From contig CAJINV010000014.1 in the NCBI GenBank assembly GCA_905178155.1, positions 359,181-423,180 of the forward strand: 64,000 nt of DNA. Reading direction: 5' to 3'. A program made the position numbers and the translations under genes. Under the pieces are notes generated by a model, which was given only the letters and a program-made list of their open reading frames with translations, was not told the DNA's origin and searched no databases. This document shows, one piece after another, positions 1 through 12,000 of the stretch; the stretch's first letter is position 1, and every line of letters starts with the position of its first letter. This DNA comes from Amoebophrya sp. A120. Its lineage: Eukaryota > Protista > Dinoflagellata.

Positions 1-508
1 ACATCTCCACGAGACGAGCGCGTAGCTGAACTTCTTTTTCCATCTTCTTTCGAGTGTTGAACAGAACATTCGTAGTAAAGTTCCAAAAATCACACGAGTC
101 CATCCCTCCGACGCCTCAGTACTGGTTGCTTTTCGTACTTCTTTCGAGATTACTCAGCTTGCTCTTGTTTCCCTGCACGACGACTTTTGCAACTGATCAC
201 TGCTTCGAGGGTTCTTGTCGAGGAGGCCTCCCACATTTTCACTTTAAGAAGACTGCACTAGTTCTTCCTCGATCTTCATGTAAACGTCGGGTAGTAGTTA
301 TTTTTCTTTCTGGACACAATCAATGGTCGTGCAAGTTGCACACTGCTTTTCGCATAAATGATTTGATGTCTTTCACGTCGACGGCTGTGAGAAGTTGGTG
401 AAAGTAGCGCTGGCTCGCGTCCTACAGATAGACGTGGTTCTGGTAGTACCTCCAGGTTCTTGTTCCTGTCTTGTTACAAGTGGTTCCCGCGGCGGCCCCA
501 CCCGCTTT

Positions 509-1290
509 TCATTTGTCCTTCTTGGTTTCTTTCGCAGTGGCAAATTTCTGAACGGGCAGTCCGATTTCTTCGTCGGCGCTCCGCTTCCCACAACAGGTGG
601 AGATGCAAACCACACAGGACGGTATCACCTGCAAAAGCAAAAGCTATTCGTACGCTTTTGCACTTTTATGTATATGCAACCTTTCACAATACTTACTGCC
701 GCACTAATATTAATACAAGTCTCGCCTTTTTTATCCCTTTCGTCTCGGAATTGCGAAGCTGTACATAATGTGCTTTTGCAGTTGCAATTCATAAACAGGA
801 TACAAAATCCAAAAACCGCGGTCATGACAATGACCAGCACCACCACCGTCGCTGCCGCGTGCTCCTCGGTTGGCCGGGCGCCGAGGATGTCCCGCTGGGC
901 CTTCATCAGAACATCCTTCTATGGGGGTGTCAGGATCGAAATCGTCAAAATCGAAAAAGTTGTGATGCACAAAATCGATGCCAGTTAGACCCACAGTTTG
1001 TAGTCGGCGCATGACAAATTCTCCCCATCCTGGAGGCGAATCTGTCATGCGGGTTGGGGCAAAAGGGCTGCCTTCTGTCATGCTAGTCAGCAGCCCAACA
1101 CTTAACCCTTACCAGGACTACAATCCGCCTTCCTTGCATCCTCTGCAATAGGGTCGCTTTTTGCGTAGCATTTTATGCATTACAGATCATTTCAACTTTG
1201 ACGATTTCAATCCTGACGCTTCCATACCTTCGCGTATTCCTGTAACGGAAGCAAGTGGCTCGCCATTGTGGCGCTCGCAGAGGCAAACAT
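509..1290 (-). CDS. Hypothetical 97-aa single-pass membrane protein, 3 exons
   Basis: Removing TIR elements 920-1226 and 623-793 (each +5 nt) gives MFASASATMASHLLPLQEYAK|DVLMKAQRDILG...VVVLVIVMTAVFGFCIL|SCVVCISTCCGKRSADEE...KKDK*; hydrophobic segment followed by a Cys cluster. Confidence 0.7.
623..793. mobile_element. TIR introner element (non-canonical intron)
   Basis: Left tatcacctgcaaaagcaaaagc vs right revcomp tatgaattgcaactgcaaaagc; DR gacgg/aacag (3/5). Confidence 0.7.
920..1226. mobile_element. TIR introner element
   Basis: About 37-bp imperfect TIR tatgg...gtcaggat.gaaatcgtcaaa; perfect DR ccttc at 915-919 and 1227-1231. Confidence 0.9.
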
Positions 1291-2113
1291 GACTGCTTAT
1301 TCTTGTCCTTTTCTATTCCTTTAGACGATTGGTAGACACGAGAAAAACGACGAAAGCAAAAACTGTTGCCTGCCCCACTCTCGTATAAAATCTTTGTGGA
1401 TCTGCTGTTGCATGCAGTTTTTCTTTTTGAGCAATGAATACTTCTCTTTTTTTCATATACTCACTCAGCGTCAGCACTGCCGTGTTACTTTCCGTGCGCA
1501 CATTTCTTTGCGAAAAAAACTGAAGCATGAAAAAAATTCTTCACAAGAAAATGAAAAAAAGCATGGATCAAAAACTTATGCAGCACAAAGATGTGGCGTG
1601 CCAGTGAAACGGGTCGACGTAGTTAAGACTGTTGCAAATCAATGTTGAAGCCGAAAGAAGAAGCACCAGTACGACGACCGAATCGAATGATGTAATCCAG
1701 CACCAAAAAAAAAAACCAACATCAATGGCGATACCACGACGCTATTCGGTGCCCGCTTTTGCAGTCGAAGCCTTAGCGTTTGCTTGTTGTAAGTGTACGC
1801 CAAATATTAGAAAACTTCTTTTCTTGAGCAGCTGTGTTTAATCAATGAAATCCGCGGTGCTTCTCAAAAACACAGTCCTGAGCTGTGCGGTACAAAATGA
1901 TACATCCCGTAAAAATGCTGCTATGCTTCTTGTTGCAATGAGCAAGTCATTCCTCTTCTTGCAGTTGCGTGGCAAAGTGTAAATTTTGAGGAACAACCTC
2001 AAAACAGGGTACTTGGCGAACGTTAAAAACAGGGTATCATGCTGAGTCGCGCTCGCAGCCTTATTGCAAGGAACAGTGGAAATGCATTCTTTTCCGTTCT
2101 TTCCTTTTACTAT

Positions 2114-3073
2114 TTACAAAATAGTGCAACTTTCCAAGTCCTCGCTCGCTCGCTTTTCCATATCAAATGCAAATATGTCTGGGTCTGGAAGATTCTAAAC
2201 TTGTGATGCTGTCTCCGGATTCGAAAAAGATTTGTATTGCATGACCAGAAAGAGAACTCCAGTTTGTGCTCCGCGGAAAGGGCATTTCTCATGCGGAATA
2301 GGCATTACGAAGCCCTCTAAGAATCTGTGATGCTGGGGCATGCATTACAAACATCATGGGCTGTGCAAAATATGCATGACAAACCTGGCAATCTGCCAGA
2401 CCTAGACATATTTGCAGTTCATATTCCATCATGTGCACCATTTTCGCAAATCGCTCCTTTGCCTTCTCTATCCTGTGCAAAAAGTATCGTAGTAGTCGAA
2501 CTTGCACTACAAATGTTTCCAAGAGCGAAAATGGAGTTTGTAATGCTGATTTTGCTTAGGAGTGGGATTTGTCATGCATGATCGCAATTACCACCAGTAC
2601 GATACTTTTGCACAGGATATTCTCCTGGTCGTAGCTTTCCCCCTGTTTTTCCTTCTTCTCCACCTCGAGGTCGATGTACTCCGCGACGATTGCCCTCTGC
2701 TTCGCGTGGAGGCTTTCGTAGCGGTATGAGACTACACAACTGGTGCCTCTCTTCGCTCCTGACTTGAAAGGCGGGAACAGCAATAGAAACGCCTACAAAT
2801 AACATCAACATGGAGCCTCAGCATGACAAGTTCTTAATTATGCGACGCATGTATCAGTAATAGTTTGGCTGCTTCCGGAATTTGTCATGCAAACACAAAC
2901 AGCGCCACAAGGACGATTGGAGTTGGTGTTTTGCACGAGGGAATCGTGCATGAGAAGAACTATCTAGAGGAAGCTGTGCACTCTCATAAGCGTTGCTGGA
3001 AGTTCAGATTTGCCTCCTCATCCATCGCGGGAAGCGACGGGAGACGGCTACACAGCTCGGAGTAGGCCACCAT
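2114..3073 (-). CDS. Hypothetical 88-aa protein ending in a CaaX box (CTIL), 4 exons
   Basis: Removing three elements (+5 nt each) leaves 267 nt: MVAYSELCSRLPSLPAMDEEANLNFQQR|YESLHAKQRAIVAEYIDLEVEKKEKQGESYDQE|KAKERFAKMVHMME|KRASEDLESCTIL*. Confidence 0.8.
2161..2423. mobile_element. TIR introner element, main family (TATCAAATGCAAA.ATGTCTGGGTCTGGAAGA)
   Basis: 32-bp TIR with 4 mismatches; perfect DR ttcca. Confidence 0.92.
2469..2619. mobile_element. TIR introner element
   Basis: TIR tatcctgtgcaaaa(a)gtatcgta; perfect DR ttctc. Confidence 0.9.
2725..2988. mobile_element. TIR introner element
   Basis: TIR tatgaga.t.caca.ct; DR agcgg/agcgt. Confidence 0.8.
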
Positions 3074-3860
3074 TTCAAAAGTGTCTTGCAGCTGCGCTCA
3101 CGTAGAAAAACTATGGATCAAGCAGAACCGCCTGTTTCTTTTGTATAAAAGTACACAACTAAGACGGAGGTAAACTATTGTCGCTGACAACCAGCGCAAC
3201 TAGATCTAGATAGTGCTTCCGGAGGCGGGTTGTACTACTTTAGCGGTCTATCGAGGTGATGTAGGACCAACATTCACATTGATATATCTCATGTTGTCCC
3301 GCGCGCCGCAACAACAGTCTACTAGTGAGTACCCCTGCATCTACTTGTTCGTGCCTGCGCTCATGAAAATCTTGAGCAGCTGCTTTTCCAACGCTTTGCC
3401 AGAACGACGAGGTAAGTACTACTTCCTTACTCGTCAACCGAGGGAATTTAGGGAAGAACAAAGACAAAGAACCCCGACGAACACCATCTGTGAGAATGTT
3501 CATCCTTGTTTGAGCTATGCTGTTCAACAAACAAAGCATGCGGATTCTTGTTGATAAGCACCTCGATAGAGGACAGTGCTCGTTCTTGTTTTTCAACTCT
3601 ATGATCACGGTCAGTACTATGTTCATAAAATCTATTTTGTCCGACGTAGTTTCAACCTTGTCATCTTTCATGTCGCTGCTCTAAGTAGAGCGTGCACTCG
3701 AATTACTTACATCGGTAGGTGCGTTGAAATGTCGCTATATTGGGAACTTTTGCCTTTGCACTTTCCAACGAAAAGCAATGGGACTGGTTTTCTTGCATAT
3801 CGTATGTTTCATCCTCGCTCGTCCTTTTCGTTCGCACTCACTGGTTGACTCCTTCTTGAA

Positions 3861-6083
3861 TCAAAACAAATATCCCTCTTCGTTACCCGCCGAAAAATGT
3901 GCCTGCAGCTCCCGCAGCTCGTCCTGCTCCAGGATCTGCTCCGAAGCATTCGCAGCCCCGCCGAAACGGTGCATAATCTTTCCCAAACTTTCCTCCACGC
4001 TGCCGAATATGCTTCTTCTTGAGCTGTAACTGTTGCCTTGTGAAGATGATGAGCATGACTCTGGTCTCCGGAACAGAGTGACCCGGTTGTCGAGCTGCTT
4101 GTACTGCGTTCTCACTACATTAGGCTTCATCGGCCCACTGCTGACGACGCATTTACTTCGCCCTTGGATATCCTCGGTTTCGATCAAAATCCGTTTTGTC
4201 CTCGCGGTCTCGTCCGGAATTGGGTAAAATTTCGGCAACACCACTGCAGGCAAAGCCTCGCGGAGGAACGGGAATTTGTGCTGCTCGAAGGCGGAAGAAT
4301 TTCCCGTGTAGTTGTGAAAATGCTTGTTCGACGGCAAGAACGACGACGAAACTCCTTGCCACACAGCTGCCGACTGCGGTCGCACGAGGTTGAAAAGTCG
4401 GATACGCTCATCTCGGTCTGCGGGCAGCAAAAGGGGGCAAGTAGAACTGGCTCTGTTTCCACTTTGCGTTGTACTTCGAACAACACCAGTGCCGCTTTCT
4501 TGTCTTTGCCGCTGGTAGTCTCCGTACGTGCTGTAGCTACCGACGCTTCTCGCATACGCAAGCGATCTATTTACGTCCCACAATCCCATCGAGTCCGAGG
4601 GGCGGAAGTTCTTGTCCGAAATCGAATATTGTTCGGTCGCTAGTACATTGTCTACTCCAGCCGGCGGTTTCACACTTCCCGCGAACAGCTCCTTCGTCAC
4701 GAACTCGAAGGACCGCCAAAAGGTGCTGCTGCTTGGGAAAAACGGGGAAAAGGAAGTCAGCATTGAGTGTGCGGCCAGTGCGATGTCCGCCGTCGCGTGG
4801 AAGAGATGGGGGGTTCGTTGCTGGATTGTGGACCTACACGCGCTCCTCTTGTCCAGCTCGCAGGGAAAGAAGCAGTCCAGCAACCGTTCGTCGCTGCTGG
4901 ACATGACGCTCTTGAGAAACCGCGCCCGTGACAGGTCCTGGTAGCGGAAAACAGCCTCTTCGTGCATACTAGTACCGCTGGCTGTCGTCCCAGAACTGCT
5001 CTGCTGCGAAGGAGAAGTAGAGCCTCCTCGATCGAACAGCTCGACCCCCACTGTGCACAGCTTCGGCTGCTCCTCGCGCAGGTACTGCAGGATGTACACT
5101 GCCAAGTCCGAGTAGTCGAGGCGCGCCGTGTCGGCGAACAAGTGCGCGGTGTCCAGTCGGTCGCAGGACTCCAACGCTTTCCGCACGTATCGATCCTCGA
5201 TTGCATCCAGTTCCGCCCTCTCGAAGGTGGAGCTCGAACTAGTACTTGAAGAAGCGGCGCCAGCAGCCCCGCTGGTACAGCCTACCTGGTTTTGTCGCTC
5301 GTAGAAGGTGTATTTCGGTAGGTAGTCGAGCAGCAGGTAGTCCGACCAGTAGCGAAGCTCAGAATGCTCAGGCTGCGTCCGTCCAGAGGAAATACTGGAA
5401 TTTTTATGCGGAGTCATCCTCCGAACTTTCCGCGGGCTGGGATTTCCCTGATAGTTCGCACTGCGATAATTTTTTCCGATGTTGTGATGCTCCTCTCCGT
5501 CGGATATCTCAGATCCCGAGGACCACGCATCTTCCTCTTCGCCGATAGGAGCGAGCCCCAGCCGACTATACGGGTGTCGGTAGATCGCGTCCTGCTCCAC
5601 CCTCTTGCAGTGGAAGGACTTCTGCAAACGCTCGAAATAAGGCTCCTCGTCGTCGTGATTAGGAGCCAAGAAAGACTCGCCCTGCTCGACTTCCATCTGT
5701 GATGCAACATGAAGACCACTAGTCGTCCTACTATCCTCTTTCAACACGAAATTGGACGTGCCGTCTTCGCAATTCAGACCCCCCGAGGCGCCCTTGTCGT
5801 CTACGGCGATGACGCGGGGGTAGTACAGATCTGTCTTTTCGTCGAGGTCGTGATAAAGATTTGGTCCACTCTGGGTTGTCGTCCCATTGCTGGAGTTCTC
5901 AACCTTCCGCATCGCCTCCACATGGTACGTGGCAGCTTCCAGATTCCAGAAATGAACACCCGCGTGATTTGCCGCCGGACCGAGCTGGAGGGTAATGGTC
6001 TCGCCGCCGCGGCGGGATTGTTGGAACGCGGCGTCCATATAGCCGCTCCCGCCGCCGGAGAGCGCCATGTCGTGATGATACAC
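3861..6083 (-). CDS. MSTO1: Misato/DML1 tubulin-like protein
   Basis: Intronless 740-aa ORF with Misato motifs ETITLQLGPAANHAGVHFWN, YPRVIAVDDKG, RYWSDYL and IEDRYVRKALESCDRL. Confidence 0.85.
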   Translation of the reverse strand: MYHHDMALSGGGSGYMDAAFQQSRRGGETITLQLGPAANHAGVHFWNLEAATYHVEAMRKVENSSNGTTTQSGPNLYHDLDEKTDLYYPRVIAVDDKGASGGLNCEDGTSNFVLKEDSRTTSGLHVASQMEVEQGESFLAPNHDDEEPYFERLQKSFHCKRVEQDAIYRHPYSRLGLAPIGEEEDAWSSGSEISDGEEHHNIGKNYRSANYQGNPSPRKVRRMTPHKNSSISSGRTQPEHSELRYWSDYLLLDYLPKYTFYERQNQVGCTSGAAGAASSSTSSSSTFERAELDAIEDRYVRKALESCDRLDTAHLFADTARLDYSDLAVYILQYLREEQPKLCTVGVELFDRGGSTSPSQQSSSGTTASGTSMHEEAVFRYQDLSRARFLKSVMSSSDERLLDCFFPCELDKRSACRSTIQQRTPHLFHATADIALAAHSMLTSFSPFFPSSSTFWRSFEFVTKELFAGSVKPPAGVDNVLATEQYSISDKNFRPSDSMGLWDVNRSLAYARSVGSYSTYGDYQRQRQESGTGVVRSTTQSGNRASSTCPLLLPADRDERIRLFNLVRPQSAAVWQGVSSSFLPSNKHFHNYTGNSSAFEQHKFPFLREALPAVVLPKFYPIPDETARTKRILIETEDIQGRSKCVVSSGPMKPNVVRTQYKQLDNRVTLFRRPESCSSSSQGNSYSSRRSIFGSVEESLGKIMHRFGGAANASEQILEQDELRELQAHFSAGNEEGYLF

Positions 6084-7168
6084 CTCCGAAGTAGAGTGGT
6101 GAAAACTGTTGAAGGAAGATGACTAGAAGGAAGTAAACTACTTCAGAGAACACCGATTAAGTACTTTCGTGCTCGAAAAAGTCAGGACACGGTGGGGTCC
6201 AAACAGAATCACTGTGTAGAGCTGCACGGAAAGGATGAATATGATGACCACGCAACATAATTCTGCTAGCAACAGAAACTTAAAACATGCCATAAGAGTG
6301 AACCACCAAATTTCATTAACAACGAGAGCGATTTAGATCGGAGGATTTCATCACACAGACATGCTCTAAAAAACCGACTTCGAAAAGATGAGAGATGGAT
6401 CACCCTTGATTTCATCGACCTTGCATTGATTTAGATACTTTTAGTGATAGATTCTGGATCGATCTTGCGGCAATGATTCTGAGATTTTTGCCCCTACCGC
6501 GTCATGTGATCTTCGTTGCAAGTGCTCTGTTCAGCAGGAGTGCGCGTTTAGAATTTTAAAGTACTGACGGAGACGGAAGACTCAAAAAATTGACGACCTT
6601 TGAGGCAATGGAAAATGCACAGGCAGAGACGAGCTGTAAATTTGGCATGAGCAATAAATGATTTTCACAAGAAAGGGAGCGAGCCCGAATGTTTTCGTAG
6701 AACAACAAATCTTCAATCCGCGAAGCCCACGCTGCGGAGGCATGCTTCTCTGCACTACAGGGCTGCTCTGTCAGTATGTTCACTATCTCCTCATCTCATT
6801 TTTCAGTTTTCATCGTCATCTCTACAATAGTTTTCGTTTTCTCCGTGCACTGTCGTACTTCAACTTTCTGGCGACAATTCATCTCAGACACTTGAAGACA
6901 GCACAGAGCTTTTCATCACTTTACGCTCAATCTAACCGAATAATCTCCGAGTGGTCGTGAGTAAGCCTATTCCATCAAAACAGTTTTTCCACACGACATC
7001 ATCATAATCCCGCCTTGCGTCGCTACAAAGTCGACGCGTCGGCCAACTGCTAGAAACAGCCCGAGTCTCTCGTCGTATCGAAGAGTTATTGCGCCGTCAA
7101 AAGAAGTCGCACAACAGGCCGAAAGTGATGCTCCGCGGCCCGATAATTTTTGCTAAATCAGCAGTAAT

Positions 7169-7807
7169 TTAGTTTCCCGGCAGGGTGCGGATGATGTCAC
7201 TGTCACCCGGGTCGATGATGGACATAACACCGCAGCGGAAGTACTTACCGCAGGTGGTTCCGAGGTCGTTGTTGGTTCCTGTTGATGTAAAGTTTCGCAA
7301 AATTCTTGATAGCTTCCCCTTCCACCAATCACGTCATGAACATCAGATCTGCTCTTTTCACTCTGTACTTACAATTTGCCAGTAGAATCGGCGTAGTGGA
7401 TAAGAATCATGTCTCTACTCCTCGTCGTCGCACAGAGCTCAAGAAGTCATCCCTTCACTGACGCATGGATAGAATCGCATTCACTCAAGTTGTGAGAGGA
7501 CGACCGAAATCTTTAGATTTAGAATATGATGGCGGTACACTACATATGATAATATTGGCAAAAATTTAGAAAAATAAATTATTATACCCGGAAAGTGGTA
7601 GACGCCGGTCTTGCCCAACATGGCGTAGTACTCGATCTCGGACTTGGTCAGGGCCGGGCAGTTGGAGGCGATGATGACCAACTTGGATTTTCCCGACCGG
7701 AGGGTCTTCAGGGTGGACTTGTACCCCAAAGTGTACTTACCGGACTTGATGACCAGACCCAGGCGCTGGCCGATGGATTCCTGGCTGTTCTTAGCTTTCG
7801 GAGCCAT
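7169..7807 (-). CDS. RPL30: 60S ribosomal protein L30 (eL30), 2 exons
   Basis: [32 protein letters not shown]...[10 protein letters not shown]; GT-AG intron 7279-7587; exon 2 gives [36 protein letters not shown]. Confidence 0.97.
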
Positions 7808-9026
7808 TTTCGCGAGAGAGAAGGGTCTGCTGATGAGATGAGATCAGAGATAATGCTCTTACTACTTTTCTTACGAAAAGAGGTCCCTGTGTGCGTGGTT
7901 TTTCGATAAGAAGTGGTTGAGAAGTAGTGGAGGTTATCGCTTTCCTTTTCTCAACATCTAAAACGGAGATCACTTGAAGGGCCATCGCCATTCGGTTTTG
8001 AATTACATTTCGCTTCTTTCACAGGATCTGGCCGAGGAGGAGCTCGTCGGCTACGAAATAAGCCTTCTGATCTTTGAAAGTTCATCTGTGCCTTTTTCGT
8101 CCGCACCGGATAATATGAATTTGTGCTGATCTTTAAATTTTGAGGATCGAGCGCAGAGTCGGCAAAATCAAAATAAATCGACATTTGGATCTTTAGATCG
8201 AACTCAGGTTACCCTTCGCTCCTGAAAAAAGGAAGGATCTTGTCTGTGTTAACGTGGAGAACCTTAATATGTGTGATCTTGTCTTTTTTGAACTTCCCTT
8301 GACCTTTAGGTTTCGATAACGATCTTTATTTCCGTAGAGATCCTGTGCAAACCAACATCCAGTTCTACAATTTTCTCATGCTCGGGCTGCAGTGCTACCA
8401 TCGATCGAAGCGACAACTGCAAAATAAGTACCTGCCTGCGTCAGTACACAACGTCACTTCTAAGCTTGGATATAGGCACTACTTCAAAGTGAACAAGGAA
8501 GTAGCAGGTCGCCGAGTAATATTCCAACCTGGTGCGTCTTGTCTTTGACGACACGCGCACGAATGAAAAAACCGGATCTAAATCAATCACTCTCGTGATC
8601 GTGCACAACATTTTCAGCTCTCCTCTCCGTCGTGAAGATTGCAATCATACACATTCCAAAGCAGCCCTGTAATTCAAGAGGATTTTAAATTTGATTCGAA
8701 ATGCTCCTTGGAGACAATATCCTGAAACTCAAACATTTTCGATTAGTTGTCCATGTCTCGCACAGACTTACATGACATTACTGTCGCGACTAGAAACTCC
8801 CACAGTTGATGAAGTAGCTAAAATATAATCGCAATACTTGTTGTTCCGGGCGTTGCTGCATTTAGATTTACTGGAGATACACAACAAAGAGCTTCAGTTC
8901 GTGCTTCTTCGTCGTGCCTTACTTACGATAAAATGGCAGGCACACAGTGACCGTCCTGCGTGATAGCGCAACTATAAATCAGCGCCAGCCTCTAAGGTTC
9001 TATCAATTATACGCCCAAGATACTTA

Positions 9027-12000
9027 TCACTTCAAAATGGACGTCGCTCTATGTCCACCCCGCTGTTGTAATAGCCGCGGCAGTGGATTTAGATTTTGCT
9101 GACCGCTCCCCGGACGAGATCCCTTCTTCATCACGCGATCGCGCCGCAAGGCGCTCTTCTGGAGGTCCAACCGCGTCGCGAGAGAAGTGCCGTGAAAGTC
9201 CTGCATCAGATTCTCCTTGAGATACTGAAATTTGTGTTCGCGGTAGTCGTCATTCATTTTAGTCAGCGGCAAGTTCTCCTCAGAGCTGTTTTCTCCGTCT
9301 TGTGTCTTGCCACAACTCGGGACTACTTCAAAAGCACCAGGAGTTGAGCGCTCCGCTGCCTCTGCGGCCTCGATTTCTTCATCTTCATCGCCCTGTTGTC
9401 CTGCTTCTTGTTTCATGATCCCTTCCACTTGTTTTTCGGTGCCGTGGAGATTCTTCTTCGCGGCTACCACTTCACCGATAGGCTATGGAAAGGAAGAAAA
9501 AGCCAACTTGAAGAGTCACTTCTCAATCTTGTTGCGCGAGTTCTTGTGCGGTGTCCAGGAAGATTATGATCGTGGTTTCGTTGCATACTGATCCAATGAA
9601 GTCGGGACTCTCGGGCGGTCCTCTGAGCCTCTACAGCTACAACGTGAGTCCTCTGAGCCACTCCAGCCGCTTTATGTTTGTAGCAGCTACAGAAGAACAA
9701 GAATCGCAAAGAACTACATTTAGATAAAATAAGGTACGAGTCATGCAGCAAATGTATCACCGTTACATCATCTCTCAGCGTATACTTAAAAACGCTGGAG
9801 ATAGGAAGAGGCGAGTTTTTTTAGGGCGGCTAAACGGGTTGGCAATCTGCATTCTAGTCAACAGAATCCAAACGGAGGCCGCCCACATTCTCGTGTGGCA
9901 CGTTCTTGTATAGATAGTAGTTGATCTTTCCGCTACTTGAGCTTTCGCAATGTTCTTGCAATAATTTAGATTTAGAAAATTGAGGCTCCAGGATCTTCAT
10001 CTGCACTTGCGAACATACACGGAATTCAACAAAGTGATCTCTTCTTACCCCACAGGAATCAATTAACCACGCTTAAGTCAAAAAGCTGGCTTTTTCCTTT
10101 CCTACTTCAGAGACGTCATCAAAGAAATCAGATTCATACTCGTCGCTTATTTCTCCGGCGCCGTCGTAGTTAGTCGTTCCCAGATCTGCTGACTTCTGTA
10201 TCGATATCGCCCCGATAGTTACACTGGATGTTATGTCTGCAGAGGATGTGCCACTACTTTGTCGCGCTCCATCCCCGAGCTTTGCGGTTTGTTTCGACAG
10301 AGAACTAGGATACGTTGAAGAAGTCATCTTTATTGGCGGTGACCCTTCACCCAGAATTTCCGCATTCGGCAACACTGCAACTCTCGCTATAAATGAAGAT
10401 GCTGCAGGAGCTCCTGTCATGTAGTCTTCTTGCCGTGAAGAAGGTTTTTTTCCCGTTTTTCCCATGGTGTTGTCTTCGAATTTTCTCCCTCGGTCCAACT
10501 CCCGCTTGCTCTGGTGCTGCTTGATGTTCTCCAAAAAGTGAGCGCCAGGGGCAGCAGAGTCGACATTTTGAACCTTTTCTTTACGAGGAAGACCTGGAGT
10601 TTCCTCCTCCTCTACTAGACTCGGAGACGACGACGACGATGTATCAAATGTAAAAATGTCTGGGTCTGGAAGATTAGAACTTGTCATGCTAAATCTAAAT
10701 GATTCAAAAATCTGTGTTGCGTGAGTGCCAAAAGCTGTCCGGTTTTGACCAAGTTGTGAGGGAGTTTCTCATGCAGGAAAGGCATGATAGAGACCTCAGA
10801 GAATCTGTCATGCTGGGTCTCGTATTCCAGACCTCATGGGTCATGGAAAGCCTGCATCACAAATCTTGCATTCTTCCAGACCCAGACATTTTTGCATTTG
10901 ATACGATGTTGACCAGGCTGATTGTTCCCCGATGTCCTCCGAGCTGTAGATCGAAAGAGGGGAGGTAACTGCCGGCTCCGGGATGTGTAAAATGTCTTGC
11001 TCGAATTTTTCCTGCAAAAACGTCTCGTCTCCTCGACACAGAAGCATATTTCCTGCTCCCTCGGAAGCAGTGACAGTGGTTTTTGGTTTTGGAGATGTTG
11101 AAACTGAAGCTGAAACAAGAACGCCCGAAGTGGATGCGATTTCGATTTCTGGTGACGACGGTTGCTGCGGCGCGTGTCCCGCCACCTCGTCGGACCGATT
11201 GTCTTCGAAGTCGTCGATTTCCGAATAGTGGTATACTGAAGAGGTTTGTTGTTGTTCCTGCAGGTGGTCCTCACGAGGACCCAGGACGCGTTTTTGTCCC
11301 CCGTCGACTGCTTCGTCTCGTTCTTGGTCCATTTTTCCGGCTGCCATGTTCTTATCCGTCGTCTGCCCATTTGATGTTGTGCCTGCTAGAATTACTATCT
11401 CCGCCCCAGTTTGCAGATCATCAGTTTCTTGTATTTCCACATGACTTCTTTTGCTCGTCCTGCTGGTCGTCAGACAAAACTCATCCGACGCGGTGGGAAT
11501 ACCGGCCGTTGTTGCTACGTCGTCCGCGGCAGCAATGTCACTATGGCTGCTACCACCTTTTGGCGTGGTGACTTCTAACACGGCGGCCGACGCTGACAAC
11601 GTTTCGCTCTCAGGAGCCAGAGTTGCAAAACGGCCCGGCTCTTCTTCATGTTCTTCAGGAGAAGTGGTAGTGGTACAGATCTGTCCAGAAGCTATTCCTT
11701 GTCCGACTGCAGGATGAGGACCAGGACCTGCCGTTGCAGCTTCCGCGTCGGTGTAGAAGTTCTCCAGTGGTTTATTGTCTTTCTCAGCAAGAAGATCTCC
11801 TTCTTCACTCTCTGCCTTTCCTACAGCAACATCGTTTTCCGCAATCTGCCTCTTCAGCTCCGCGATGTTCTTTTCGATTTTTTCTATCTCCGCCTGCTCG
11901 ACCTCCCCTTGTTCTCCGCCCAAGAAGGATTTTTGGTCTCCCACCTCCAACACCTTTTCGCCTACAAGACCTCCAGACGAGGAACGGAGCATCAAGTCCG

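Noticed and set aside
2156-2428. Assignment of the introners to Transib because of the 5-bp TSD
   Set aside because: Transib termini are CAC...GTG, these are TAT...ATA, and no transposase is present in the window.
3861-6083. True tubulin
   Set aside because: It lacks the GGGTGSG signature; the motifs fit Misato/DML1.
7279-7587. Intronic snoRNA in RPL30
   Set aside because: No convincing box C/D pair found by eye.
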